The position numbers and the translations under genes were made by a program. DNA of 64,000 nt from Candidatus Shapirobacteria bacterium (GTDB lineage: Bacteria; Patescibacteriota; Microgenomatia; UBA12405), in the NCBI GenBank assembly GCA_041661765.1, contig JBAZTV010000002.1, positions 203,279 to 267,278 on the forward strand. Reading direction: 5' to 3'. The notes under the pieces were generated by a model that searched no databases, had not been told where the DNA came from, and saw only the letters and a list, made by a program, of their open reading frames with translations. This document shows, one piece after another, positions 40,761 to 50,222 of this stretch. The stretch's first letter is position 1; each line of letters starts with the position of its first letter.

Positions 40761-41559
40761 TATTTCCAAAAAAGACATCGAATCAGGTAAAGAAATAATT
40801 GAAAAATTATCCAAATTAAATCCTAAACTCTTACCCCATTTTTTAAAAGACATTGTTCCCGATTACAAAAAATTTTTACCTCATCCTCATAAATATGGCC
40901 TTTGGTCATCCACCAAAACAAAAAATCTAAAATTCAACCAAAAGTACGACAAAATTTTATTATTGATTTCGGGAATCACTGCCAGCGGTAAAGATGCTCT
41001 CCATCAAGAAATGAAAAAAAAGGCTCCAAATTTATTTTCCAAATCAGTCACCGCCACCTCTCGTCCACCCCGAAAAGACGAAATCCATAAACAGGATTAT
41101 TATTTTTATGAAAACCACCAAGTTTTTCGTCAATCAATTAAAAATGGTGAATTCTTAGAATTTATCAAAAGGGGAGAAACTTATTACGGTCTTCCCAAAA
41201 AAAGTTTAGAAAATTCAATTAATCACCCTAATCCGGTAATTTTTTCCCAAATTGAAATGAGTGGCTGGGCCAAAACCGAAAGACATATTTCCAAAGTCAA
41301 TCCAAATATTTTTGTCCTTAAAATATTCATCCTCCCTGAAATGAATTTTTCCGATTACAAAAAATGGTTAGTGGAAAAAAGAAGCGACAATGATCTAGAA
41401 TCTCGTCTTAAAAAAACCGGTTGGGAAATTAAAAAAGCACCAAAAAAAGCCGACTTTATTATTACTAATCGAATTGAAGAAAATACTAATTCTCTCAATC
41501 TCACTGCCCAAACCATTATTAATCAAATAACTGATTTATTAAAAGATTCTGTTAAATAA
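40750..41559 (+). CDS. gmk: Guanylate kinase-like protein with N-terminal extension
   Basis: ISGITASGKD, TATSRPPRKDE..DYYF, FLE, YYG. Confidence 0.8.
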   Translation: MKSNISKKDIESGKEIIEKLSKLNPKLLPHFLKDIVPDYKKFLPHPHKYGLWSSTKTKNLKFNQKYDKILLLISGITASGKDALHQEMKKKAPNLFSKSVTATSRPPRKDEIHKQDYYFYENHQVFRQSIKNGEFLEFIKRGETYYGLPKKSLENSINHPNPVIFSQIEMSGWAKTERHISKVNPNIFVLKIFILPEMNFSDYKKWLVEKRSDNDLESRLKKTGWEIKKAPKKADFIITNRIEENTNSLNLTAQTIINQITDLLKDSVK

Positions 41560-42006
41560 TTATTTACTTTGTTTATTGTGTTCAATCAAAGCTTCTATTC
41601 TTTGCCAAGTATAATTAGGCAATTCATTTTTCATTTTTACCATTTCATCTAAAGTTAACCATCTAATTTCTTCCTGGTCTTCCAATGGTTGTGCCTCACC
41701 TGATTTGTAATAACACAGAAAAGTCATCATAATTACATGGTGACCACTAACTCGGATAAAACCATCGTTATAAATAAACTCAACATAATCTTCTATTTCT
41801 AATCCAACCTCTTCTATTATTTCCCGTTTTAAGGCATTTTCAATAATATCTTTTCCAACTTCATCGTCCAATTTTCCACCAGGAAAACTCCATTGGCCTC
41901 CAGCCTGAGGATCATCAAAACTTCTTCTCGCTAATAAATATTTATCACCCCTTTTAACTATCCCCGTAACCGCAACCACATGTGTCTTAATATCATTTTC
42001 TTCCAT
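41560..42006 (-). CDS. NUDIX hydrolase
   Basis: WSFPGGK..ALKREIIEEVG. Confidence 0.9.
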   Translation of the reverse strand: MEENDIKTHVVAVTGIVKRGDKYLLARRSFDDPQAGGQWSFPGGKLDDEVGKDIIENALKREIIEEVGLEIEDYVEFIYNDGFIRVSGHHVIMMTFLCYYKSGEAQPLEDQEEIRWLTLDEMVKMKNELPNYTWQRIEALIEHNKQSK

Positions 42007-42008
42007 TG

Positions 42009-42079
42009 AGCGGGTAGGGGGAATCGGACCCCCGCCGAAAGATTGGAAATCTCTCGTTCTACCACTAAACTATACCCGC
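42009..42079 (-). tRNA. tRNA-Gly(TCC)
   Basis: AGAGA-TTTCCAA-TCTTT; T-loop TCCGATT. Confidence 0.92.
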
Positions 42080-42147
42080 ATTCAAACTCAATTTTACACC
42101 ATACTACGGGTACCTTCAATCTTTTATTAAGTGGAGTAAAATGAATT

Positions 42148-42432
42148 ATGGCAAAAAATATTATTTTTGGTCTGCTTTTTATTTTTACTGGTTATGTTTC
42201 CGGAAGAATCGGTCATTTAATTGGAGGAACATCTCTTAGTCCCCACCATTGGATCTATGGATTGATAATAATGATAATTGGATTTATCTTACATCGAAAA
42301 TACCACAAATTATATTTTTTAATCGGTTTTTTTGGAATAGGTGTTTTTATTAGCGATCTTAATGATTTTTTAAATCTTCAATTTTATGGTGTCGATACCG
42401 TTAGTAAGTTTACTTTTTGGAATATAGATTAA
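42148..42432 (+). CDS. Small membrane protein
   Basis: Three TM segments, PHHWIYG motif. Confidence 0.75.
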   Translation: MAKNIIFGLLFIFTGYVSGRIGHLIGGTSLSPHHWIYGLIIMIIGFILHRKYHKLYFLIGFFGIGVFISDLNDFLNLQFYGVDTVSKFTFWNID

Positions 42433-42435
42433 ATT

Positions 42436-43125
42436 ATGTTCAATAAGATTCTTACGATAATAAATATTTGTCTTCTTGGTTTTTTTATCTACATTTACTC
42501 AAAGTCTAACTTAATTTCTTACTTTCGACCCACCACCACTTCTTCTTATTTTATAGAGAAGCAAACTCTTTTTGATAATTTACCCCAATCCACAAATTCT
42601 ATTTATTTTTTAGGTGACAGTCTCACTGATGGTTGTGAATGGAACGAATTATTATCAAACCCAAAAATAAAAAACAGAGGAATAATGGGCGATTCCACCC
42701 AAGGAATATTAAATCGACTCAACCAAATAACCCAATCAAAACCCCAAAAAATATTTATTATGGTCGGAATAAATGATTTACTCAATAATATTGAAACAAT
42801 AAAAATTTTAAATAATTATCAAAAAATCATTACAACTATTAGAGCCGACTCTCCAAAAACTAAAATTTATATAGAAAGTGTTTTACCAATAAATTTTGAA
42901 ATAGATAAAACAAAATATGGAATTAATAATCAGAATATTTCCGATTTTAATAAAAACTTAAAGAATTTAGCCGATAATTCCAATATTTTTTATATCGACC
43001 TTTATCCCTCTTTTTTAGACTCATCTAATCAACTAGACAAACAATATACTCTAGATGGTATTCATTTAAACGGACAAGGTTATTTAATTTGGAAAAAAGA
43101 AGTCTCTAAATATATTGATAAATAA
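42436..43125 (+). CDS. SGNH/GDSL hydrolase
   Basis: FLGDSLT, NRGIMG, GIND, DGIHLN. Confidence 0.93.
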   Translation: MFNKILTIINICLLGFFIYIYSKSNLISYFRPTTTSSYFIEKQTLFDNLPQSTNSIYFLGDSLTDGCEWNELLSNPKIKNRGIMGDSTQGILNRLNQITQSKPQKIFIMVGINDLLNNIETIKILNNYQKIITTIRADSPKTKIYIESVLPINFEIDKTKYGINNQNISDFNKNLKNLADNSNIFYIDLYPSFLDSSNQLDKQYTLDGIHLNGQGYLIWKKEVSKYIDK

Positions 43126-43127
43126 AG

Positions 43128-43201
43128 TCGGGGATACAGGATTCGAACCTGCAACCTCATGGTCCCAAACCATGCACGCTAGCCAATTGCGCCAATCCCC
43201 G
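43128..43201 (-). tRNA. tRNA-Pro(TGG)
   Basis: CATGG-TTTGGGA-CCATG. Confidence 0.94.
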
Positions 43202-43216
43202 TTTAAACTATTAGAA

Positions 43217-43264
43217 GCCGCCCTGTCAAGGGAGGTGGCCCCGCGGCGCGGGGCCGGAGGGTTT
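43217..43264 (+). repeat. Family A palindromic element, long form, between tRNA-Leu and tRNA-Pro
   Basis: GCCGCCCT-GTCA-AGGGAGGT, GGCCCCGC-GGC-GCGGGGCC, GGAGGGTTT. Confidence 0.8.
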
Positions 43265-43265
43265 G

Positions 43266-43350
43266 TGCCGCTGGCGGGGGTCGAACCCACACGCTTTTTG
43301 AGAGCACAAGATTTTAAGTCTTGCGTGTATACCAATTTCACCACAGCGGC
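43266..43350 (-). tRNA. tRNA-Leu(TAA)
   Basis: CAAGA-CTTAAAA-TCTTG, long variable arm. Confidence 0.93.
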
Positions 43351-43422
43351 TAAATGTGCTCTTATTATCTCACGAACATTTAAAAAAAATAAGTACTCTT
43401 TTTAATATTTAAAAATATGACT

Positions 43423-43474
43423 TCTCCCTTTTTTAAGGGGAGATGATCCCGCCGCGTCGGGATCAGAGAGGTTT
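43423..43474 (+). repeat. Family A palindromic element, long form, upstream of tgt
   Basis: TCTCCCTT-TTTT-AAGGGGAGA, TGATCCCG-CCGCGT-CGGGATCA, GAGAGGTTT. Confidence 0.8.
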
Positions 43475-43493
43475 TGTTTGTTATAATTACCCC

Positions 43494-44588
43494 ATGCTCA
43501 ACCAGCCCACCTTTATTCCAGTTGGCACTCAAGCCACCGTTAAATCATTAACCCCCGAAGAACTTGAAGCTATTGGCGTTGAAATATTTTTTTGCAACAC
43601 CTATCATCTCTATCTTCGCCCTGGAGACAAAGCCATTAAAAAATTCGGTGGACTTCATAAATTTACCCGATGGAACGGCCAATTAATCACTGACTCTGGT
43701 GGTTTTCAAGTTTTTTCTCTCGGCAAAGATCATCAAGGTGCCGGTTCTTTAATTAAAATTACCGAAGATGGTGTTGAATTTCGCTCTCACCTCGACGGTT
43801 CACTCCATTTTTTTACTCCTGAAAAATCAATTCAAATTCAACACAATTTAGCCGCCGAAAATATAATTGCCTTTGATGAATGTACTCCATATCCAGCAAC
43901 CAAAGAATATGCTCAAAAAGCTCTTGACCGCACTCATCGTTGGGCCACCAGATCTTTAATCGAACATAAAAAATTAAATAAAAAACTCAACCAAGATATA
44001 AAACTATACGGTGTTATTCAAGGCAGTTATTATAAAGATTTACGCCAACAATCGGCAGAATTTATTTGTTCTCAAGATTTTGATGGCATCGCCATCGGCG
44101 GAGTTTCTGTTGGTGAACCCAAAGATCAAATGCGAAAAGCTGTCAGTTGGGTTTTACCCACCATTTTAAAAACCAACAAACCAATTCACTTACTCGGTGT
44201 AGGTGAAGTTGATGATCTTTTTGAATTTTTTGGGCAGGGGATTACCTCAATGGACTGCACCCTTCCCACTCGAATGGCTCGCGGCGGTCAATTTTTACAT
44301 CGCACTGGTAATACTAAGTATGATTTAAAAAACAAATTTAAAAGTCAAATAATGCAATCAAAATACAAACTCGACCAAACTCAGCTCGACAAAGATTGTC
44401 AATGCCCCACCTGCCAAAAATATGACAAAGCTTACATCCATCATCTTTTTAAAACTCAAGAATTACTCGGCTATCGCTTAATGACTCTTCATAATATTTA
44501 TTTTATGACTCACACCACTCAACTCATTCGCGATGCTTTAAAAAATGGCACATTTGAAAAATTAAAAAAAGACTGGCTCGGAAGATAA
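43494..44588 (+). CDS. tgt: tRNA-guanine transglycosylase
   Basis: FIPVGT, NTYHL, DSGGFQVFSL, DEC, HLLGVG, DCTLPTR, CQCPTC..H zinc site; TATAAT 6 nt before ATG 43494. Confidence 0.96.
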   Translation: MLNQPTFIPVGTQATVKSLTPEELEAIGVEIFFCNTYHLYLRPGDKAIKKFGGLHKFTRWNGQLITDSGGFQVFSLGKDHQGAGSLIKITEDGVEFRSHLDGSLHFFTPEKSIQIQHNLAAENIIAFDECTPYPATKEYAQKALDRTHRWATRSLIEHKKLNKKLNQDIKLYGVIQGSYYKDLRQQSAEFICSQDFDGIAIGGVSVGEPKDQMRKAVSWVLPTILKTNKPIHLLGVGEVDDLFEFFGQGITSMDCTLPTRMARGGQFLHRTGNTKYDLKNKFKSQIMQSKYKLDQTQLDKDCQCPTCQKYDKAYIHHLFKTQELLGYRLMTLHNIYFMTHTTQLIRDALKNGTFEKLKKDWLGR

Positions 44589-44603
44589 TTGTATAATACA
44601 TTT

Positions 44604-45482
44604 ATGTCTAGAACAATTTTAGTTACTGGTGGCGCCGGTCACGTCGGCTCCCATATTATTGAACAACTCATTCAAAAAAACCCTCAAGATAAAATAATTT
44701 CCTTAGATAATTATTTTAATGGCAGTAAAGAAAATCACATTATTGGAGCTGAATATCGAGAAGGTCATACTAAAGATATTGATAAATTAATTCCTGAAAC
44801 ACCAGATATAGTGTTCCACTTAGGCGAATATGCCCGAGTTTCTCCATCTTTTAATGAACCAGAAAAAGTTTACGACATGAATATTGTCGGCACCTTTGCC
44901 GTAGTTGAATTTTGTCGCCAACGCAAAGTCGGTAAATTAGTTTATGCTGCATCTTCTACTAAATTTGCTATTGAAGGCGATGGGCGTCATCAAAATCCAT
45001 ATTCTTTTACTAAAGCCACCAATGTCGATCTTATCAACGATTATGGTCGTTGGTATAATTTACCCTACACCATTTGTTATTTTTACAATGCTTTTGGACC
45101 CAGGGAAAAAGGAGTTGGAACTTACGCAACTTTAATTGCTAAATTCGAACAGATTTATTTTAATGGAGAAGAATTTACTGTAGTAAAACCTGGAACTCAA
45201 AAACGTAATTTCACTTATGTGGGTGATTTAGCTAAAGGAATTATTTTAACCGCCGAAAAAGGCCATGGCGATGGTTATACATTAAAAAATACCAAAGAAT
45301 ATTCTATTATTGAAATTGCCGAAGCTTTTGGTGGACCAATAAAATATATAGATGGTTATCCAGGTCGAGCTGAATCAGGAGAAGCACCCAATAAAACACG
45401 TGAAGAACTTGGTTGGGAAACTACTGTCGATATAATTGACTATATCAAGGACTTTGTGGCCAAACATCCACGTCAAAAATGA
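44604..45482 (+). CDS. NAD-dependent epimerase/dehydratase
   Basis: LVTGGAGHVG, YSFTK, YNAFGPRE, GTQKRNFTYV. Confidence 0.92.
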   Translation: MSRTILVTGGAGHVGSHIIEQLIQKNPQDKIISLDNYFNGSKENHIIGAEYREGHTKDIDKLIPETPDIVFHLGEYARVSPSFNEPEKVYDMNIVGTFAVVEFCRQRKVGKLVYAASSTKFAIEGDGRHQNPYSFTKATNVDLINDYGRWYNLPYTICYFYNAFGPREKGVGTYATLIAKFEQIYFNGEEFTVVKPGTQKRNFTYVGDLAKGIILTAEKGHGDGYTLKNTKEYSIIEIAEAFGGPIKYIDGYPGRAESGEAPNKTREELGWETTVDIIDYIKDFVAKHPRQK

Positions 45483-45527
45483 TATGATTACAATCATTTT
45501 AAAATAGTTTTATACAGTAAATATCTG

Positions 45528-45554
45528 TTAGCAGACACATAAATAGACTGCTAA
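45528..45554. promoter_or_regulatory. CIRCE-like inverted repeat upstream of MiaB/MtaB-like gene
   Basis: TTAGCA-GACACATAAATAGAC-TGCTAA (N15). Confidence 0.65.
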
Positions 45555-45588
45555 CAATCGCCATTAAAAAACTTTTACCTAAATTTCC

Positions 45589-46623
45589 ATGAAAAATAGC
45601 TCAAAAACATTCTTAAGTATCAACTTTGGCTGTCGTGTTAATTCAGCTGAAACTAATCAATGGTCCCAAATTCTAATTAATCAAGGACATACCCCTCTTG
45701 TCAAAGAGGGGCAGGGGAGATTGGATTTAATCTTAGTTAATACCTGTTCCATCACCAAAAAAGGAGATTTAGAATCACTTGGCAAAGTCCGATTCCTTCA
45801 TCAAAAATACCCACAGGCTAAAATTTTAGTTACTGGTTGTGCAAATCTTGAAAAAATAAAAAACATTCCCAATGTCTTTATTTATCAAAATAATCAAAAA
45901 GAAGAATTATTAAAAGACTTAAATTCTTCTTATACTCCAAAAATAAAAGACAAATTTAGCCACACCAATCGTTTTTTATTAAAAATTCAATCAGGTTGCA
46001 CTCAATTTTGCTCCTATTGTATCGTCCCTTTTAGGCGCCAAAATTTATGGTCTCTAGAAATAAATAAAGCAGTTGAAACTGTTCAAAAAGCAATTAAAGA
46101 TGGCTATCAAGAAATTATTATTACCGGAGTTAATATTGATCAATACCAATATAATTTTTCTGATCTAATTAAAAACATATTAGAACAAACTGATGTAAAA
46201 TTAATTAGTTTTGGATCTATTCCTTTAAATTGCATTGACCAAAAATTTATTAATTTACTTAAAAAATACCCCAACAGAATTTCCAATTTTCTCCACATTC
46301 CCATTCAATCCAGCTCCAACAAAATCCTCAAACTCATGAACCGCCCTTATGACTCCAAAAAAATTATAAATACTTTTAATAAACTAAAAAAATTACCTCT
46401 CTCCTTCGGAACCGACATCATTGTTGGCTTTCCTACTGAAACTGAAGATGATTTTCAAAATACTCTTAAAGTTTGTAAAAACATTGGTTTTTCCAAAATT
46501 CACACTTTTAAATATTCACCTCGTCCCAACACTAAAGCTAAAATTATCCACAACACCAATCCTAAAATTTCCAAAGAGACATTAAAATCTCGTTCCCAAC
46601 AAATCCGAGATCTCATAAAATAA
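45589..46623 (+). CDS. MiaB/MtaB-like radical SAM methylthiotransferase lacking TRAM domain
   Basis: FGCRVN, NTCSI, VTGC, CTQFCSYC, DIIVGFPTET, YSPRPNT. Confidence 0.9.
   Translation: MKNSSKTFLSINFGCRVNSAETNQWSQILINQGHTPLVKEGQGRLDLILVNTCSITKKGDLESLGKVRFLHQKYPQAKILVTGCANLEKIKNIPNVFIYQNNQKEELLKDLNSSYTPKIKDKFSHTNRFLLKIQSGCTQFCSYCIVPFRRQNLWSLEINKAVETVQKAIKDGYQEIIITGVNIDQYQYNFSDLIKNILEQTDVKLISFGSIPLNCIDQKFINLLKKYPNRISNFLHIPIQSSSNKILKLMNRPYDSKKIINTFNKLKKLPLSFGTDIIVGFPTETEDDFQNTLKVCKNIGFSKIHTFKYSPRPNTKAKIIHNTNPKISKETLKSRSQQIRDLIK
45692..45722 (+). repeat. Family A element in frame in MiaB/MtaB-like gene
   Basis: CCCCTCTT-GTCA-AAGAGGGG-CAGGGGAGATT; encodes PLVKEGQGRL. Confidence 0.85.
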
Positions 46624-46676
46624 AAAATTTCTGATAAACTAGCTCCAATTAGTAATTTTCACCAATTTTTATAACT

Positions 46677-46979
46677 ATGTCTTTGGAAATTGAATATAAT
46701 CAAAAAAAATACCAGGCTACTATTAAAGAACCTATAATTTTTGATGATCCATTCAATGGAGTCCATTTAAGAGCTTTTGGGCATAAAAACGGCGGTTATA
46801 TCAGCATATCTAATGCCAAACCAGAGGGTCAAAAAAATGGACCCAAATATTGTGAAGTTGGTTTTTATGCAAAAACCCAAAATAATAATCCAACTAATTT
46901 CATTGAAGAATTTATGGGTCGAGAAAAACCTTTTATCATAAAAATAGAAGCCACATATCAAAAACCCAAAAAAAAATAA
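46677..46979 (+). CDS. Small beta-rich hypothetical protein
   Basis: 100-aa ORF. Confidence 0.7.
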   Translation: MSLEIEYNQKKYQATIKEPIIFDDPFNGVHLRAFGHKNGGYISISNAKPEGQKNGPKYCEVGFYAKTQNNNPTNFIEEFMGREKPFIIKIEATYQKPKKK

Positions 46980-47105
46980 ATAATTTAAATAACCCGGTTT
47001 ACAAATCTATTTTATAGAACTAAAATACGCTTACATTTTTCCACGTTTTTAATTTAGATAAGAAACATGGTTAATTATTTATTTGTTTTTAAAATAATTA
47101 AAACT

Positions 47106-47393
47106 ATGGCCCCAATTTCTATTCAAATAGAAGGTATATATGGTTTAGAAAACCATATCATTAAACTCAATAACGGAGAAACAATTGTTAGAAACGTGAA
47201 ACGTACCAACTTAGACTTTGCAGGTAAAAATGAAAACGACAGTGGTCGCTTATTAGCTATAACTGATTTTAAAAAACCCACAGAAAATAAAATAGATCTA
47301 ACTGTAAATAGGGGAGAGACACAATCAGGTGAAATTGATTATCGTCAAGACAATACAATCAAAAGAGCAAAAATTACAATTACTAGTATCTAG
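47106..47393 (+). CDS. Small beta-rich hypothetical protein (paralog 1)
   Basis: Likely start ATG 47106 (MAPIS); similar to next ORF. Confidence 0.7.
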   Translation: MAPISIQIEGIYGLENHIIKLNNGETIVRNVKRTNLDFAGKNENDSGRLLAITDFKKPTENKIDLTVNRGETQSGEIDYRQDNTIKRAKITITSI

Positions 47394-47397
47394 AATT

Positions 47398-47667
47398 ATG
47401 GCCCCAATAGAAGGATTCATTTCATCTCCAACATTTCAAAAAAAAATATTAGCCGAAAACAATCAACAAAAACATCTTCGTATTTACGACTTAGATGTCA
47501 ATTTTAAAGGTAATGAAATTGGTGGAGATGCATATATTAAATACGGTTCTCAGTCAAAACCAAAAAGGATTCACGTCAACCCAGGTGAAACTGTCGAAAA
47601 AACCTCTAAAATTGTCGCTAAAAAAGGTATCATACAAGAAGTCAAAATGCGATTTACAGGCAAATAA
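47398..47667 (+). CDS. Small beta-rich hypothetical protein (paralog 2)
   Basis: Likely start ATG 47398 (MAPIE); similar to previous ORF. Confidence 0.7.
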   Translation: MAPIEGFISSPTFQKKILAENNQQKHLRIYDLDVNFKGNEIGGDAYIKYGSQSKPKRIHVNPGETVEKTSKIVAKKGIIQEVKMRFTGK

Positions 47668-48765
47668 TTATCTCCCAAAATACACTTCCATCTCATCAAA
47701 CACTTGAAAAGTAAATGAAACTTCCTGTCCCGGAAATCTTGCATTTTTACCCCAAATATAGGATTTATTAACATCATCTCTCATTTGATTTGAAATTCTT
47801 TTTAAAACATCATCCAATGTACAATTATTTTTAAAAATTAATGGATCTTTATAATCTGCCTCTGCTGACCTTTCTTCTTTTAAATAAACTCTTACTAACC
47901 CTAACCCTTTCCATATTTTTTCTTTAAAATCATCAACTCCCACCCCTCTATTTGCATTCATTAACACCAAGTCCCTCTTGTCAAAGAGGGATTTAGGGAG
48001 ATTTTTAATTAAATCAATTTTTGTCACTACTTCCACTGACGGCATATATTTTATTGACTTTGACATAGCATCAACCAATTTATCAATTCCTTCGACTTTT
48101 TCACCTATTTGAATAATTGCATTACCTAAACCCATTTCTTTAGCAACTTCTGTCACTGTTTCTTTTTCAAAAGATTTATATGGATCAATTACCTGAATTG
48201 ACCCTTTATGTGTCCTGTGAATTGAAATTTTAGATGGCCTGGTATTTAACCTCATTCCTGATCTATAAAGCTCATCTTCCACTTGTTTCAACCATTGAAT
48301 CCTTTTAATATCAGTCATTAAAACTACTAAATCACTAGCTCTTATAACTGATAAAACTTTTTTTCCAAAACCTTTATTTTTAGCTGCACCTTCAATAATT
48401 CCCGGCAAATCCAAAATCTGAATTTTAACTCCCTTATATTCCATCATTCCCGGTACCACTCCCAAGGTTGTAAAGTCATAATTTCCAACTCTCGACTCAG
48501 CATTTGTCACCGCATTCAATAAAGTCGATTTACCCACACTTGGCAACCCCACCAACACCACTGAAGCATCACCTGAATGTTTAATTGCATATCCAACACC
48601 ACCGCCACCACCTTTTAAATTACCACCATTTAACTCATCATTAAGTTTGGCTAATCTAGCTTTCATTATTCCATGGTGATGTTCCGTCCCTTTATGGTAC
48701 GGCAAATCCCGAACTTCCTTCTCTATTCGAGAAATCTGCATTTTAATAATTTCTTCCTTAGTCAT
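47668..48765 (-). CDS. DRG/Rbg-type OBG-family GTPase with TGS domain
   Basis: KGTEHHHGIMKARLAKL, GLPSVGKS, YDFTT, DLPGIIEGA, TKID, LVRVYLK. Confidence 0.92.
   Translation of the reverse strand: MTKEEIIKMQISRIEKEVRDLPYHKGTEHHHGIMKARLAKLNDELNGGNLKGGGGGVGYAIKHSGDASVVLVGLPSVGKSTLLNAVTNAESRVGNYDFTTLGVVPGMMEYKGVKIQILDLPGIIEGAAKNKGFGKKVLSVIRASDLVVLMTDIKRIQWLKQVEDELYRSGMRLNTRPSKISIHRTHKGSIQVIDPYKSFEKETVTEVAKEMGLGNAIIQIGEKVEGIDKLVDAMSKSIKYMPSVEVVTKIDLIKNLPKSLFDKRDLVLMNANRGVGVDDFKEKIWKGLGLVRVYLKEERSAEADYKDPLIFKNNCTLDDVLKRISNQMRDDVNKSYIWGKNARFPGQEVSFTFQVFDEMEVYFGR
47972..48003 (+). repeat. Family A element in frame (antisense orientation) in DRG GTPase
   Basis: TCCCTCTT-GTCA-AAGAGGGA-TTTAGGGAGATT; read on minus strand as NLPKSLFDKRD. 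Confidence 0.85.
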
Positions 48766-48789
48766 TTGTTAGAATAAGAGCTATAAACT

Positions 48790-50188
48790 ATGTTTTTAAT
48801 ACTTTTATTAGTTTTTAGTCTTTTTTTTAATAGCCCTATTTTAGCATCTGATAACACCTTTGGTCTTCATCTCTCTCAAACAGAAGATATCCATTCTGCC
48901 ACCAAAATTATCAATTCCCAAAACGGTGATTGGGGCTGGGCAACTGTCGTTATTCAAACAAACAATTTAAATAAAAATACCTGGCAAGATTTTTTCGATA
49001 ATTGCCGAAAATACCATATAATTCCCATTATCAGAATCACTACTATCGGTGAAGATGAAAATTGGAAAATTCCAGATTATTCCGATATTGACCACATCGT
49101 TTCCTTTTTAAATTCTCTAAATTGGCCAACCCAGGAACAACATGTTGTCTTATTTAATGAAATAAATCATGGATCAGAATGGGGAGGGGAAGTTAATATA
49201 AAAGATTTTGTCGATAAAAGTTCCTATATTGCCAAAAAATTTAAAGAGGCTAATTCAAATTTTTTTATTCTTTCTTGCGGTCTGGATCTAGTTGCCCCAG
49301 AAGAACCACCAAAATACAAATCAGCCGAAAATGTTTATAGAGAAATTGTTTCCTTTAATCCAAGTTATTTTGACAACATTGATGGATTAGCCTCCCATTC
49401 CTACCCTAACGATGGTTTTGTTGGTACTCCCAATGATACCGGTCAACACAGTATTCGTGGTTATCAATGGGAATTAGATTTATTAAAACAACTTGGTGTT
49501 AATAAAGATTTACCAGTATTTATCACCGAAACTGGCTGGCCCCATCGAGAAGGAATCGAGAACCAAAATAATTTTTATACCACCAAAACCACTGCCAATT
49601 TTTTAATCGAAGCCATTACTAATGTTTGGTCTCCAGATTCTAGAATTAAAGCCATAACTCCTTTTATTTACAATTACTCTCAAGAACCATTCGATCATTT
49701 TTCCTGGCTCGATGAAAATAATAATCTTTATTCTGAGTATCAACAACTAATAGACTTACAAAAAAAAACAAAATGAACCAAAACAAATATTAAGTTATCA
49801 ACTTGAAAAAATAAATCTACCTCTCTTAATTCTCGAAAAAAAAACTTACGACGGCGAAATTATTTTAAAAAATACCGGTCAATCAATTTGGGGTGAAAAA
49901 AGATTTTGTCTAATTTCAAAATCCAGCCCAAATATCACCACTTCAGAAATTTGTAGTGACAATAATCTCACTCTTCCTGGTCAATATAAAATCTTCAAAT
50001 TTAAATTTATTATTAATACAGTTGATAATTATGAGGGCCAAACCTATCTCTCCTGGGGTGATTTAAATAATTTTGAAATTCAAAAATTCACTAAAGAATC
50101 TATACTTTATCATCCAAAAGAAAACTTCTTCCAAAAAATTATAAACTCATTCAAAGCATTTGTAGTCCACGCCATTGAGCAAAAGTAG
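48790..50188 (+). pseudogene. Secreted clan-A-like glycoside hydrolase gene split by a frameshift in an A9 run
   Basis: LFNEIN and FITETGW catalytic Glu motifs; stop at 49776 follows A9 (49760-49768); removing one A extends the frame to TAG 50188 (..ILKNTGQSIWG..). Confidence 0.75.
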
Positions 50189-50222
50189 ATTAGTATTAAA
50201 ATAAAAAAATTCTTTAATTAAG

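Noticed and set aside
43443-43493. N-terminal extension of Tgt (MIPPRRDQRG) encoded by the family A element
   Set aside because: TATAAT 6 nt before ATG 43494 matches the leaderless pattern, so the element is probably upstream of the gene.
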